This document shows, one piece after another, positions 40,553 to 51,493 of a DNA stretch of 64,000 bases; the stretch's first letter is position 1; every line of letters begins with the position of its first letter. The notes below the pieces were generated by a model. That model had not been told where the DNA came from. It made no database searches and worked only from the letters and a program-made list of their open reading frames with translations. The position numbers and the translations under genes were made by a program. Source of the stretch: Fibrobacteria bacterium (GTDB lineage Bacteria; Fibrobacterota; Chitinivibrionia; Chitinivibrionales; FEN-1185). Location of the stretch: positions 1 to 64,000 of the forward strand of contig JBBIGR010000007.1 of NCBI GenBank assembly GCA_037447435.1, read 5' to 3'.

Positions 40553-41272
40553 TTAAATAGTTTTACGGGCAATGCAAAACAAATAGCCGACATAGCGAAA
40601 TCCTTCGAGCCGGTAAAAAACATCAATTTCCTTATGAAAGGCCAGTTTTATCCGTTTGTCGGCGAAAAAACCTTTTTCGTCTTCGAGGCGGCGGGCCATA
40701 TGCGCATAATAATTGTCCCAGCCGCTTTGGGGAACCATTGCCATGAGATGGATGTCGAATCCGGCATTTGCGAGCAATTTTCTGTAGGATGCTTCGGTTT
40801 CATAATGATATTTCTCATCTTCAAAAATGCGTTTGACCTCATCCGGGACTTTTTCGGAAAGCGTTATTAAATCGGAAAACGCCAGCCAACCGCGGGGCAA
40901 TAACCAGGCCGAAGCCAGGGAAAGGCCTTTGGGCCTGGTTAAAAAAGAGAACGCGCCGCCTTCGGCGAGTACTAAATCGAACGGTTCGGGTTCGAAATTA
41001 CAATCGAGAATATTCCTGGTTTCGAAGGTAATGAGATGGCTCACGCCTTTGTCTATTGCAAGCGATCGGCCGAACGCGATGTTTTCTTCGCTCACGTCGA
41101 CTGCCGTGACCCGGCAGCGGAATTCCTGCGCCAGGTTCGTTGCGCCGTCGCCATAGCCGCAGCCGATATCAAGAACGCGGCTTGCTGGATTGACAAGGGC
41201 AAAACGGCCTGCGGCGAGGGTGAATTCCCGGCCAGCAGGCGATGAATAATTCGAATGCAAATCTGTGACCAT
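40553..41272 (-). CDS. Class I SAM-dependent methyltransferase
   Basis: VLDIGCGYG, FDLVLAEG. Confidence 0.9.
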   Translation of the reverse strand: MVTDLHSNYSSPAGREFTLAAGRFALVNPASRVLDIGCGYGDGATNLAQEFRCRVTAVDVSEENIAFGRSLAIDKGVSHLITFETRNILDCNFEPEPFDLVLAEGGAFSFLTRPKGLSLASAWLLPRGWLAFSDLITLSEKVPDEVKRIFEDEKYHYETEASYRKLLANAGFDIHLMAMVPQSGWDNYYAHMARRLEDEKGFFADKRIKLAFHKEIDVFYRLEGFRYVGYLFCIARKTI

Positions 41273-41308
41273 GCTGTCCTCACTGTGGTGCGAAATCCGA
41301 ACCGATAC

Positions 41309-42445
41309 CTACCGCACTTTGAAGAAAATAATTAAGCCTATGACAAGTAAAATCACCGAGATGATATGAAACCGCCAGGTTATTTTCGAACGGATATAAA
41401 ACTCGTTCGCATAGAACGGGTTTTTACGCATTTGAAACTGGAAGTGATGGTGAATGGGTGCGCGCAGAAAAATGCGCTTGCCGGTCAATTTGAAAGAGGT
41501 GATTTGCATAACCACTGAAATGAATTCGAACATGAAAATAAATCCGACGATCGGAATGATGAAAGCGGCTTTAACAAATATGAACATGATGCCGACGGTG
41601 CCGCCCAAACCCACGGCCCCTGAATCGCCCATGATAATGGAAGACGGCGGCGAATTAAACCAGAGAAACGAGAGCAATGTTCCGACCATGGCGCCGATGA
41701 CGGGCAAAATCTCGTCTACTCCGTTAATATAGGGGATTAAGAGGTATTTGCTCCAAACGACATGACTCGAAACGTACGAAGCGATTCCGATGAAAATGAG
41801 ACAGGTAATAATTGGGACTGCGGCAAGCGTATCGAAACCGTCGGTAAAGTTCACCCCGTTTGCCATGACCGCAATGACAAGGGTCATGAACGGAATGAAA
41901 ACCCAAAACGGCAAATACGGAAAGTCTTTGGAAATGGAGAAAAACGGTATGTTTATGTATCCGTTGATATTCGGGATATATTTGTAGGCGCCTATGGCAA
42001 CAAGGCAGGAAATGCCGATGTATAGAAAAAGCCGTAAATTGGCCGAAATTCCGTCGGCTTTATATTGATAATCCTGTTTTGTAAGTTGGCCTTTGGCAAC
42101 TCTGGATTTGTTGATCACTTTGGCAATATCGTCGAAGCCGCCGATAATGCTGAAAAAAATATAAATGACAAGCGTTGAAATGACGTATGAATTGAAACGG
42201 GCGGTGAGGACGCACGTTAAGACAATGATGACCAGAAAGAGCAGGCCGGCGGGCATAACGGGGTCGGGTTTACCTTTAACTGCCTCGAATTCGGTATTCA
42301 CATTTAATTTCCGGAGAAAAGAAATATAGGGCGGAAAGAAAAACATTGCGCAAAGGAAGGAAAAAACCGTTGCGACACTGGTACTGAAAAGTCTGCTGTT
42401 TAACAAATAAAGATGGGTGTGTTGGTACAAAAATTCTATGAGCAT
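41309..42445 (-). CDS. mraY: Divergent MraY-like polyprenyl-phosphate transferase
   Basis: GFDDIAK, NGVNFTDGFDTL, MGDSG, APIHHHFQ; about 10 TMs. Confidence 0.8.
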   Translation of the reverse strand: MLIEFLYQHTHLYLLNSRLFSTSVATVFSFLCAMFFFPPYISFLRKLNVNTEFEAVKGKPDPVMPAGLLFLVIIVLTCVLTARFNSYVISTLVIYIFFSIIGGFDDIAKVINKSRVAKGQLTKQDYQYKADGISANLRLFLYIGISCLVAIGAYKYIPNINGYINIPFFSISKDFPYLPFWVFIPFMTLVIAVMANGVNFTDGFDTLAAVPIITCLIFIGIASYVSSHVVWSKYLLIPYINGVDEILPVIGAMVGTLLSFLWFNSPPSSIIMGDSGAVGLGGTVGIMFIFVKAAFIIPIVGFIFMFEFISVVMQITSFKLTGKRIFLRAPIHHHFQFQMRKNPFYANEFYIRSKITWRFHIISVILLVIGLIIFFKVR

Positions 42446-42598
42446 GAATGTCCTGTAAAAACAAAGGTTTCTATGATGGATTTCCTGAAGCAAGCGTAAT
42501 GGTTGTCTTCAAGACAATAAATATATTATATAGTTGCGGAAAGGTTAAGGCCAAACCATTTATTAAATAAAAAAATGTGGTTTCCTGAAAGGGTATCT

Positions 42599-43759
42599 AT
42601 GAAAAATTTCCCGACTCGATTTTGCATTATCGCGGTTTTTATTTCTATTATATCGTCCGTCACCGGTTTTGCGCAGGAAAACATCGCGGTCATGGAGCTC
42701 GAAGCAAAGAATATCTCGTCGGCCGATGTATCGGTTCTCACCGATAAGTTTCGGTCGGAAATTATCAAAACCCGAAAGTTCAATGTCATGGAACGCGAGC
42801 GGATGAACGATATCCTTAAAGAGCAAGGTTTCCAGTTAAGCGGCGTTTGTTCTACCGACGAATGCGCCACAAAAGCAGGACATATCATCGGTGTTTCGAA
42901 GATGATTGCCGGCTCTATCGGCAAATTAGGTTCCTCGTACTTGGTGACGTTGCGGATGATCGACATCGAAAGCGGTAAAATCGTGCGCAATGTTGATGAA
43001 ACCATAAAAGGAAATGAAGAATATTTGCTTGAAACCGGAATGTCGCAGATGGTAACAAAGCTGCTTTCGGTGCGGGACCTGGGACAAAAAAATGCAAAGC
43101 CAAACGGTGTCCCGGGAAATTTTGGGCCGTCGGATGGGCTTCTGGGATTTTGGCCTCTTGATAAAAAAGACGGGAATTCGCTTACCGATCTATCAGGGAA
43201 CGGCAAGCACGGATCTTCGTTCGGCTGCAAAATAGACATCAAAGGCGGGTTGAAGTTTTCGGGTTCGGGTGACTATGTGACACTGGGTGATTTGCCCCGC
43301 GCAACGCAGTACACGGTTTCTTTTTGGGTAAATCCGCTTGGTATTGCGGATCAAATTTGGTATGATGCAATGTGCGGAAACGGCAAAGGGGGTATTGGGA
43401 TTTATGTGATGCTGAATGTGCTGCATTTCAGCGCAGATCCCGAATGTGAAACCGCCAATCCCGTTGCCGATATTTCTTATTCGATGGACAATATAATGCC
43501 GGGGAAATGGCATCATGTAGCGGGGGTCTTTTCCGCCGGTAAATTTATGGCGTTGTTTGTTGACGGTAAAGAACTTAAGCGCATTGTTTCGGATATTCCT
43601 CAATCGATGCCCGGGGTGTCGGTCCAATATTTTGGCGCAGATCAGCGAATGCCGGATATTCAATCGTATTCCGGTAAAGCAAGAGATGTAATGGTTTTCG
43701 ATCGTGCGCTCGAAAACGGCGAAGTTGCCGCACTGTATTCCGCGGGAAGGAATCGATGA
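42599..43759 (+). CDS. Secreted CsgG/TolB-N-like plus LamG jelly-roll protein
   Basis: VMERERMNDILKEQGFQ..C...C domain; TVSFWV, WHHVAGV, LFVDG LamG motifs. Confidence 0.8.
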   Translation: MKNFPTRFCIIAVFISIISSVTGFAQENIAVMELEAKNISSADVSVLTDKFRSEIIKTRKFNVMERERMNDILKEQGFQLSGVCSTDECATKAGHIIGVSKMIAGSIGKLGSSYLVTLRMIDIESGKIVRNVDETIKGNEEYLLETGMSQMVTKLLSVRDLGQKNAKPNGVPGNFGPSDGLLGFWPLDKKDGNSLTDLSGNGKHGSSFGCKIDIKGGLKFSGSGDYVTLGDLPRATQYTVSFWVNPLGIADQIWYDAMCGNGKGGIGIYVMLNVLHFSADPECETANPVADISYSMDNIMPGKWHHVAGVFSAGKFMALFVDGKELKRIVSDIPQSMPGVSVQYFGADQRMPDIQSYSGKARDVMVFDRALENGEVAALYSAGRNR

Positions 43760-43850
43760 CTTTGTCATTAACTTTGTTATATGCCCTTTTTCCGACAAGC
43801 AGGAGGGGCATGACGGCAAAAATATTCAATAATAGATACAGGAGTTCATA

Positions 43851-44699
43851 ATGGCCCCTATTGTTCTTGACGGAAAAGTATTGTCAAAATCAATTGAAGA
43901 AACCCTCAAGAAACGCGTTGACGCGATCGTACTAAAAACCGGAAACGTTCCGATTCTTGCAACAATTTTGGTCGGCTCCGATCCGTCGTCGGCAACCTAT
44001 GTGAAGATGAAGGGAAATGCGTGCGTTCGGGTGAATATGCGATCGAAAAAGGTGGAATTGCCCGAGTCCACGACGACGAAGGAATTGCTTGATGTAATAG
44101 ACGGCCTCAATGCGGATACCAACGTCCACGGCATATTGTTGCAACATCCGGTGCCCAAACAAATCGACGAGCGCGCTTGCTTTGACCGTATTGCGCTTGC
44201 AAAGGATGTTGACGGGGTGACATGTTTGGGCTTTGGCAGAATGGCCATGGGCGAGACAGCGTACGGGAGCGCGACACCGGCAGGCATCATGTCGATTTTG
44301 GAACATTATAAAATAGCGTTGGCAGGTAAGCATGCGGTTGTCGTAGGAAGAAGTCCTATCCTCGGGAAGCCGATGGGCTTCATGCTTCTCAATAAGCATG
44401 CAACCGTCACGATTTGTCATTCAAGAACGAAAAACCTGCCTGAGATTGTTCGTCTGGCCGATATTGTCGTCGGTGCAGTAGGTAAACCTAAGTTCATTAA
44501 AGCGGAATGGATAAAAGAAGGTGCGGTGATCGTTGATGCCGGATACCATACAGGCGGCATTGGCGATGTTGATTTGGAAAATTCAATGGCAAAAGCAAGT
44601 GCATATACGCCGGTTCCCGGCGGTGTTGGTCCGATGACTATCGCTACTCTTATGCGTCAAACGGTTGAGGCCGCGGAAAAAGCGTGCGGCATCGTCTAA
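43851..44699 (+). CDS. folD: Methylenetetrahydrofolate dehydrogenase/cyclohydrolase
   Basis: [30 protein letters not shown]. Confidence 0.96.
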   Translation: MAPIVLDGKVLSKSIEETLKKRVDAIVLKTGNVPILATILVGSDPSSATYVKMKGNACVRVNMRSKKVELPESTTTKELLDVIDGLNADTNVHGILLQHPVPKQIDERACFDRIALAKDVDGVTCLGFGRMAMGETAYGSATPAGIMSILEHYKIALAGKHAVVVGRSPILGKPMGFMLLNKHATVTICHSRTKNLPEIVRLADIVVGAVGKPKFIKAEWIKEGAVIVDAGYHTGGIGDVDLENSMAKASAYTPVPGGVGPMTIATLMRQTVEAAEKACGIV

Positions 44700-44720
44700 G
44701 GCAGGCACCGACGTCGGCCA

Positions 44721-44746
44721 AGAGACGTAATGCGCTACGTCTCTAC
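44721..44746 (-). repeat. GTAG-family REP element
   Basis: Minus strand GTAGAGACGTAGCGCATTACGTCTCT: starts with GTAG and folds a 9-bp AGAGACGTA/TACGTCTCT hairpin. Confidence 0.7.
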
Positions 44747-44797
44747 AATAAATCCGGAAAATAGGCGTCGGCATCCACACGGCAAGAATGGAAAGAT

Positions 44798-45034
44798 TTA
44801 ATCTTTTTTTACCTTATTGCTAAAAGTTAGGTAGCCGGCTGCTGAAATTGCTATGAGCAAAATGATAGGGATACGATGCTTGAGATGCATCGGGATTTCT
44901 TGCCATGGCATCTGTTTGGGACCAAAATGTAAGGGCGCCACTTCTATAAAAAAGAACATCAGGATGATGACGAAAAACAGTATTGCAAATTGTTGGATGC
45001 GATTTTTCTTTGCGGGTTCCTGTGATTCTGCCAT
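44798..45034 (-). CDS. Small two-TM membrane protein
   Basis: Two hydrophobic segments; AAGGA SD. Confidence 0.65.
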   Translation of the reverse strand: MAESQEPAKKNRIQQFAILFFVIILMFFFIEVAPLHFGPKQMPWQEIPMHLKHRIPIILLIAISAAGYLTFSNKVKKD

Positions 45035-45050
45035 TTGCGATTCCTTTTTA

Positions 45051-45779
45051 TTATATTCTTACTTGTAATGCGATTTTGATTGAATTGTATAATGATTTGA
45101 CTAGAGGCGGCGCATAAAAACGTTTGGCGTATTTAACGATGTCTTTATCGGGGTTTTTCTCTTTTTTTAAAAACGAATAAAACACCGGTCTGCCCGTATC
45201 GCTTTTGCCGATTCGTTCGTATAAAAGCGCGCCTGTTTTATCCCAAATCTGAACGTGAAATTCGGTTTTTGCAGTATAGGATATGGGTTTTTCGTAGCCC
45301 GGACCCGAGAATTTATCGTTCCGCCAACCCGTTGGTCGAACGGTAATATGCTTAATAATGCAAGAATAGGGGACAACAACAAGGTCCGTCTTGTGTTTTT
45401 TTGCAATCGATTTAACAAATTCGGTCATGTGAGAAAACGATGAGGTATCGGAATTTAATCGGGAATAACCGGAATTCTTAATGGACGAAATTGAATCGGA
45501 ATCTGCGGGAGAGAAAGGAACGATTTTAAAATTTTGAGAGACTTCATATGCAAAAAGTCCATTAGCCGCTTCGATAAAAAATGAATCGTTGAACAAAGTA
45601 TCGGGAATAGACTTCGTATTATCTACATAGGAAACATGAAGGTAGTTTATGGGAATACAGAGAGCGGTTTTATACCTTTTCAACAACTGTTGATCTGGAT
45701 CGTTTTCCTTCGTTATCATTTGCGCCGTGCAACCGGACAGGAAAATTATAAAAGAGATGCCAAGGAATTTAAATAACAT
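45051..45779 (-). CDS. Hypothetical lipoprotein
   Basis: Lipobox LSGC. Confidence 0.75.
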   Translation of the reverse strand: MLFKFLGISFIIFLSGCTAQMITKENDPDQQLLKRYKTALCIPINYLHVSYVDNTKSIPDTLFNDSFFIEAANGLFAYEVSQNFKIVPFSPADSDSISSIKNSGYSRLNSDTSSFSHMTEFVKSIAKKHKTDLVVVPYSCIIKHITVRPTGWRNDKFSGPGYEKPISYTAKTEFHVQIWDKTGALLYERIGKSDTGRPVFYSFLKKEKNPDKDIVKYAKRFYAPPLVKSLYNSIKIALQVRI

Positions 45780-45878
45780 AATTGAAAATTCCGATCGCAA
45801 AATTGAATGCACCCGAATACTATATTAAGAAAATAAATAAAAACCACCACCAGTATTTTCGAAAGAAAGGCATTGCAT

Positions 45879-46649
45879 ATGAAAAACATTATTACGCTTC
45901 TTTCGATATTCCTTATGATGCTTGTCGTTGGAGGGATAATTCTTGTAAGTAAACTTGCTTCGTCCGATGTTAAAAAGGCTGCACGATATGCTGCTGCAGG
46001 GAATTGTGCAAAAGCGATTTCCGGATATGCTCAGGCTGCAATTACTATGGCCGACTCTCGCAAAACGCCCTATGTACCGGATAAAATCCAGGCTGCGAAC
46101 TTAAATCCGCAAACATGGCAAAAGCCGTTGGGTGAATTTGTCGATTGGGCAAATTCGATCAAACCCTTTCCTCCCAACCTGTCCTCGACCTTGGCTCTTA
46201 TAGATGCGTGTACAACCGCGGCCTCACACGAAAACAACATTTATTCGATTCAATCTTATAAGCTTGGCCTCGACGAGTTTACCGTTGCTTGGGAAAACGC
46301 TCTTTGTCCTGAAAAAAAACAAAATGATAATCAAGTATATCCGCTGATCGAAAAAGCCTTTTCATCGGGATTTTGTTTAGTCACGTTTTCTGGAAATTCT
46401 ATATATTCATATGAATTGAATTTGATTTGTAAGGAAAGCGGAAAACTGACCGAAGTGAATATAGACTGCGATAAACAGGCGTCTTTCCCGTTAAAGCAAG
46501 GGACGTATTCGGTAATAATGTCGAGCAAAAAAATGTTTGAGGGTGGTCAGGCCTGGATTTCTCAAAAAGAGGTAACCCGGTTAGTTGTACCCGATTCAGC
46601 AACTGTTTTAACAGCCTTATTGAAGACCGATGTGAAGCGTGGAAAATGA
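45879..46649 (+). CDS. Hypothetical membrane-anchored protein
   Basis: N-terminal TM; 256-aa ORF. Confidence 0.7.
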   Translation: MKNIITLLSIFLMMLVVGGIILVSKLASSDVKKAARYAAAGNCAKAISGYAQAAITMADSRKTPYVPDKIQAANLNPQTWQKPLGEFVDWANSIKPFPPNLSSTLALIDACTTAASHENNIYSIQSYKLGLDEFTVAWENALCPEKKQNDNQVYPLIEKAFSSGFCLVTFSGNSIYSYELNLICKESGKLTEVNIDCDKQASFPLKQGTYSVIMSSKKMFEGGQAWISQKEVTRLVVPDSATVLTALLKTDVKRGK

Positions 46650-47329
46650 AAGTCCTGAGTCGCGATTTACTGAATACCAATATCTATCCTGCTATTATCA
46701 ATAATAATGTTGTGTCCTTTGAAAGAGGATGCCTAAAAAAAGTCTTGAAGCCAAAAGAATGCCACAGGGATTTTCGCTTACTCCAACTGTTTGGTAATAA
46801 TATCAACCAGGATCTGCACTGCTGTTAATAAATCCTAAGATGACCAAAAAAAGCGAGAAAAATAGATTTTTGAATTGAAATTCTCATGTAATAATATGTA
46901 AAATATAAATTCGCTTTGGGTTAAGGCGAAATTTCTTTGGTTCTTAAAGATGAACAAGTTAAAAAATTAAGGTTTTTAAAGCCGATTTTAATGAGATCTT
47001 ACTTTTAATTTTAATCCCCGCGATTTATTTTACACATCTCTGAAGCCCCTGTAAAAACAAAGGGATTTATTTAAAAGCTTGTTGCCCAAAATAACCTTCG
47101 AATTTGCAAAATTATGTTTCGCTTTAAAAAAACATTTTTAGCAAAACAGCGTTCTTCTTATGGCCTATTCTACGAAATGGAAACCTTCGATTTCTACACT
47201 CTTAAATAGAGTTTGTTATAAATAATTAACCAGTATGATTTTCCCAAGGAGGTGATCCGGCAGCTACTGGAAACGTTTTGTTGAAGAAATAATCATCCGT
47301 ATCAGACTAATTTAACTGAGGAGAAAGAA

Positions 47330-49390
47330 ATGAGTAAAATCGTCCTATTTGCTCTGGGAGCAGGAGTTCTCGGGGTAATTTATGCGCTTGTTACAGCTGC
47401 TTGGATTATGAAGCAACCCGGTGGCACAGATAAAATGAAGCAAATTTCCGATGCCGTTAAAGAAGGTGCTGTTGCGTTTTTAAACAGAGAATATAGAACT
47501 GTTGCAATGGTAGCAGTTGTTCTTGCAATAATAATTTTTGCAATACCCCAGCTTGGCATGTGGGCTGCTATCGGCTTTTTAGTTGGAACTGTGGGTTCCG
47601 CTTTGGCCGGTTACATCGGAATGATGGTGTCGGTACGTTCAAACGTTCGCACAGCAGAAGCAGCAAAAAAAGGTTTGCAAGCTGCTTTGACTCTTGCATT
47701 CAAGGGTGGTTCAGTAACTGGCTTGGTTGTTGTAGGACTTGGACTACTTGGCGTTTCTGGTTTTTATTCGATTGTTAAATCTGTTGCGCCTGAAAGTGCA
47801 TTTCATGCTCTTGTTGGGCTTGGATTTGGCTGTTCACTAATGAGCGTTTTTGCTCGTATTGCTGGTGGAATTTATACCAAAGCCGCAGACGTTGGTGCAG
47901 ACCTTGTTGGTAAAGTCGAAGCCGGAATTCCCGAAGATGATCCGAGGAACCCTGCTGTTATTGCGGACAATGTCGGTGATAACGTTGGTGATTGTGCTGG
48001 AATGGCTGCTGACCTTTACGAAACATACACTGTAACCATTGTTGCCGCAATGCTTCTTGCTAAAACAGCTTTTGGTGCAGAAAGTTTTTGGGTTCAATTT
48101 CCGCTTCTTATCGGAGGAATTTCCATTATTGCATCCGTTATTGGGACATACTTTGTAAAAATGGGTAAAAAACAGAATATCATGGGGGCTCTCTATAAAG
48201 GGCTTGCTGTTTCCGGTATTCTTGCTGCCGGAGTTTTTTATCTGGCAACCAAATACTTTTTGGCAAAACTTCCTGTTAATGAGCAAATTTTTTCTTTAAA
48301 CAGAGTTTTTGCTTTATCGCTCATTGGCCTTGTTTTAACAGGCCTTATTGTTATGATTACTGAATATTTTACATCAACCAGTTTCAAGCCAGTTAAGCAC
48401 CTTGCTGAAGCATCTCAAACCGGACATGGTACCAACGTTATTGCTGGACTTGCGCTTAGCATGAAATCGACTGCAATGCCGGTGCTTGCTATTTGCGCTT
48501 CAATTGGTGGAGCGTTCTGGCTTGGCGGTGGATTTTCGGGAGCTGAAAATTGTGTCATGCATGGACTTTTTGCCATCGCACTTTCTGCTGTTGCAATGCT
48601 TTCCATGACAGGTATCGTTGTTGCCATAGATAGTTATGGTCCGATCACTGACAATGCCGGTGGAATTGCGGAAATGGCTGGTTTAGACGAAAAGGTGCGC
48701 GGCATAACAGACCCCCTTGACGCAGTAGGAAATACAACTAAAGCGGTGACGAAGGGCTATGCAATCGGATCTGCTGCTCTTGCAGCATTAGTTTTGTTTG
48801 CCGAATACTCACGTTCATTCGGATCTGCGCTTACTTTTGATCTTTCGAATCCCAAAGTGATTATCGGACTCTTTATCGGTGGACTTCTGCCGTTTTATTT
48901 CAGCGCACTTCTTATGGAATCTGTTGGTAAAGCAGCTGGTGGTGTTGTTGAAGAAGTTCGTCGTCAGTTCAAGGCTTTCCCAGGAATCATGGGTGGAACA
49001 CAAAAGCCTGAATATGGCACATGTGTTGACATCGTGACAAAGGGTGCAATCAAGGAGATGATGCTTCCTTCGTTTCTTCCCGTTGCAGTACCTATTCTTG
49101 TTGGTTTTATTGTAGGTCGTGAAGCTTTGGGTGGTTTACTTATTGGTGCGATCGTCACAGGCCTTCTCCAAGCAGTTGCCATGACAAGCGGTGGTGGTGC
49201 ATGGGACAATGCTAAGAAATACATTGAAAACGGCGCTTTCGGTGGCAAGGGCTCTAATGCACATAAATCTGCGGTAACAGGCGACACCGTGGGCGACCCG
49301 TACAAAGACACTGCAGGACCCGCCATTAACCCGATGATCAAGGTAGTGAATATCGTTGCACTACTTATTGCTCCTCTCTTGATGAAGTAA
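47330..49390 (+). CDS. hppA: Membrane pyrophosphatase, K+-independent H+-translocating type
   Basis: [26 protein letters not shown] (Lys form), [10 protein letters not shown]. Confidence 0.96.
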   Translation: MSKIVLFALGAGVLGVIYALVTAAWIMKQPGGTDKMKQISDAVKEGAVAFLNREYRTVAMVAVVLAIIIFAIPQLGMWAAIGFLVGTVGSALAGYIGMMVSVRSNVRTAEAAKKGLQAALTLAFKGGSVTGLVVVGLGLLGVSGFYSIVKSVAPESAFHALVGLGFGCSLMSVFARIAGGIYTKAADVGADLVGKVEAGIPEDDPRNPAVIADNVGDNVGDCAGMAADLYETYTVTIVAAMLLAKTAFGAESFWVQFPLLIGGISIIASVIGTYFVKMGKKQNIMGALYKGLAVSGILAAGVFYLATKYFLAKLPVNEQIFSLNRVFALSLIGLVLTGLIVMITEYFTSTSFKPVKHLAEASQTGHGTNVIAGLALSMKSTAMPVLAICASIGGAFWLGGGFSGAENCVMHGLFAIALSAVAMLSMTGIVVAIDSYGPITDNAGGIAEMAGLDEKVRGITDPLDAVGNTTKAVTKGYAIGSAALAALVLFAEYSRSFGSALTFDLSNPKVIIGLFIGGLLPFYFSALLMESVGKAAGGVVEEVRRQFKAFPGIMGGTQKPEYGTCVDIVTKGAIKEMMLPSFLPVAVPILVGFIVGREALGGLLIGAIVTGLLQAVAMTSGGGAWDNAKKYIENGAFGGKGSNAHKSAVTGDTVGDPYKDTAGPAINPMIKVVNIVALLIAPLLMK

Positions 49391-49412
49391 TTTGCGGGCT
49401 TAGTTTGTAAAT

Positions 49413-49440
49413 AAAAAGGCAGGGAATCCCCTGCCTTTTT
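49413..49440 (+). terminator. Intrinsic terminator of hppA
   Basis: AAAAAGGCAGGG-AATC-CCCTGCCTTTTT. Confidence 0.85.
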
Positions 49441-49463
49441 ATTATCCACTTAGGAGTAATACT

Positions 49464-50039
49464 ATGAAGAAACTTGTGTTATTTACCGCCTTACTGGTTT
49501 CACTTCTGTCATGTGTTTCGACTCGTTATTACGGCTTTGCTCTTGTTACTGTTGATCGCCCGGTCCATTTTGCGGAAAAACATGGCGCGATCGCAGGAGA
49601 AAAAAACATTGACCTGAAATCTCCTTATTGCACGTTTCACGATAGTTGTCTTCGAATATCCATTGCAATTACCGATGATCGAATTGCCTTTAAATTAACA
49701 AATACAATGCAAAAGTCTTTTAATGTTGTATGGGACAAATGTGGGTTTAAAAGTCCAACAGGATCAATCGTGCATGTGATTCATCAAGGAACAAATTATG
49801 CTCATAAGGAGGAATGGCAAAGACCTTCCGTTGTTGCTAGCGGAAATACAATAGATGATTTTCTTTTGCCAGCATTTCATGTAAGTGTTTATGCCGAGGG
49901 GAATGATGGATTTGCGGTAAAACCCTTGATTTTTTCTTGGGATTTTGGAAAAGAGTGTGCTGCAGTTTTCGCATTGGAAATAGATAACGAAATTGTCGAA
50001 TATACTATTCGCTTTACAATAAATCCTGTGCAAAAATAA
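49464..50039 (+). CDS. Hypothetical lipoprotein
   Basis: Lipobox LLSC; AGGAG SD. Confidence 0.78.
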   Translation: MKKLVLFTALLVSLLSCVSTRYYGFALVTVDRPVHFAEKHGAIAGEKNIDLKSPYCTFHDSCLRISIAITDDRIAFKLTNTMQKSFNVVWDKCGFKSPTGSIVHVIHQGTNYAHKEEWQRPSVVASGNTIDDFLLPAFHVSVYAEGNDGFAVKPLIFSWDFGKECAAVFALEIDNEIVEYTIRFTINPVQK

Positions 50040-50194
50040 AATCATTTGTTTCTATCATCAGGCCGCCAAAAGTTTGACAAATGCGGCGCTCGGACCCGAG
50101 TTCATCGTGATTCCGTCGTTTAAGGTTTCGTTGTACCATTGTATCGCAAGTTTAAGGAAAAAGAATGTTTCATAAATCTTCCCTTTGCCAATGC

Positions 50195-51355
50195 TTAAAA
50201 ATATCGTGCCACTTTATACCGAAAGGTTTTGGTATCCGTTGTAACGGTCAGCAAATAAACGCCCCCGGGAATACCTTGACCCCAGGGAATATCGTGACGC
50301 CCCGACGAAAGTTTGCCTTCGAAAACCTGGCGGACGAGTTTACCTGAAAGATCGTAGATGTTTATCCTCGTATGGGAATCGTATTCCGAAACAAAATGTA
50401 CGTAATATTTACCAGCCGAAAAGGTAACGTCATTAGTCGTTTTCGACACATCCTCTTCAAAAACAGGGTTGCGTTCGATTTTGGTTTGCGGGTCAGTAAG
50501 TAATTTGTAGGTACGGATATAATCGACTTCGAGGGTTTCGGGAAATGTGCAACTGATGGGTGTTCCAAGCGATCCGCCGACGGCAAGGTTAATGATGTAG
50601 AACATGTTTTGTTTAAAACACGAGCAGCCGCTCAGACTTTTGGTGACCAAGCCTCGCACCGTGTCGATGGGTTCGCCATTGTTCCTGTGCCAATACTTCA
50701 TTTGAGTCGAATTCCATTCACATGAGTAAATTCTCCAAACGTCCGCCTCGTTACCGGTGGTAATGTCGACCCTGCCGGTATTGGGACAATTGCTGTTGCA
50801 AAAACCGTTTGTCAAATAGGACGTCGCATGCGACGACTGATATTCCCAGATGTCCACCTCACCGCAGGTGGGCCAACCCTGAACCGCACCGGCCGCGGGG
50901 CAGCGCGGCGATTCGCCGACCGTGTTGCCGAGCATCCAAATTGCAGGCCATAACCCCGAAATGGTCGCTGCAGGAGGTTTCATCCTGAATTCTATTTTAC
51001 CATAAGTAAAAGCCATGCGGCATTGACTGTTGATCCGTCCCGACGTGTAATTGTAATTGCCCATTTTCATGCTCCGGGCAACAATCTGAAGCGATGTATC
51101 GGTGGTTCTGAAATTATAATCGGTAAGATGCGAGCCCGCGGGCACATTATATTGGGCATCGGTGTATTGCTGGGCCTCGTTGTTGTTATGCGCATCGGTC
51201 TGAAAGTACCATTTGGCAAGATCGATAGTCGTGCCCGCAGGATAATTGAACTCGTCCGATAATTGCGGTTGCAAAACCCATGTTGCCGGACTCGAAGCAA
51301 TCGCGGCGGTAAAAGCCGATGCCAAGAGTAAATGGAAAAATGCGACAAGTTTCAT
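50195..51355 (-). CDS. Secreted GH16 beta-glucanase with T9SS-type C-terminal domain
   Basis: SDEFN, YTSGRI, GLWPAIWMLG, GEVDIWE (ExDxxE); C-terminal IYDLSGKLVR..GVYLL. Confidence 0.92.
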   Translation of the reverse strand: MKLVAFFHLLLASAFTAAIASSPATWVLQPQLSDEFNYPAGTTIDLAKWYFQTDAHNNNEAQQYTDAQYNVPAGSHLTDYNFRTTDTSLQIVARSMKMGNYNYTSGRINSQCRMAFTYGKIEFRMKPPAATISGLWPAIWMLGNTVGESPRCPAAGAVQGWPTCGEVDIWEYQSSHATSYLTNGFCNSNCPNTGRVDITTGNEADVWRIYSCEWNSTQMKYWHRNNGEPIDTVRGLVTKSLSGCSCFKQNMFYIINLAVGGSLGTPISCTFPETLEVDYIRTYKLLTDPQTKIERNPVFEEDVSKTTNDVTFSAGKYYVHFVSEYDSHTRINIYDLSGKLVRQVFEGKLSSGRHDIPWGQGIPGGVYLLTVTTDTKTFRYKVARYF

Positions 51356-51493
51356 GAAAGGAGCCCCCCAAACAGGAAAGACGTTTATTTTGAACCGGAA
51401 TATTACTTAACGAATATTAATCGGTTAAACGATGCACGTCAATGTAAAACCCCTCCTGAAACAGATTCGCTCTTGGGTAGAACCCAATCGGTT

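Noticed and set aside
46646..46828. 60-aa plus-strand ORF overlapping the upstream stop
   Set aside because: No motifs; the region is better explained as a minus-strand gene remnant or non-coding DNA.
47246..47258. 16S rRNA 3'-end fragment
   Set aside because: Only 13 nt match, with no flanking rRNA similarity; treated as an extended SD-like motif instead.
50058..50173. Minus-strand reading ending ...AFVKLLAA*, like a tmRNA tag; an SD plus ATG at 50173 is one base out of frame
   Set aside because: No tRNA-like tmRNA ends and the gap is too short. At best a frameshifted micro-ORF with no independent support.
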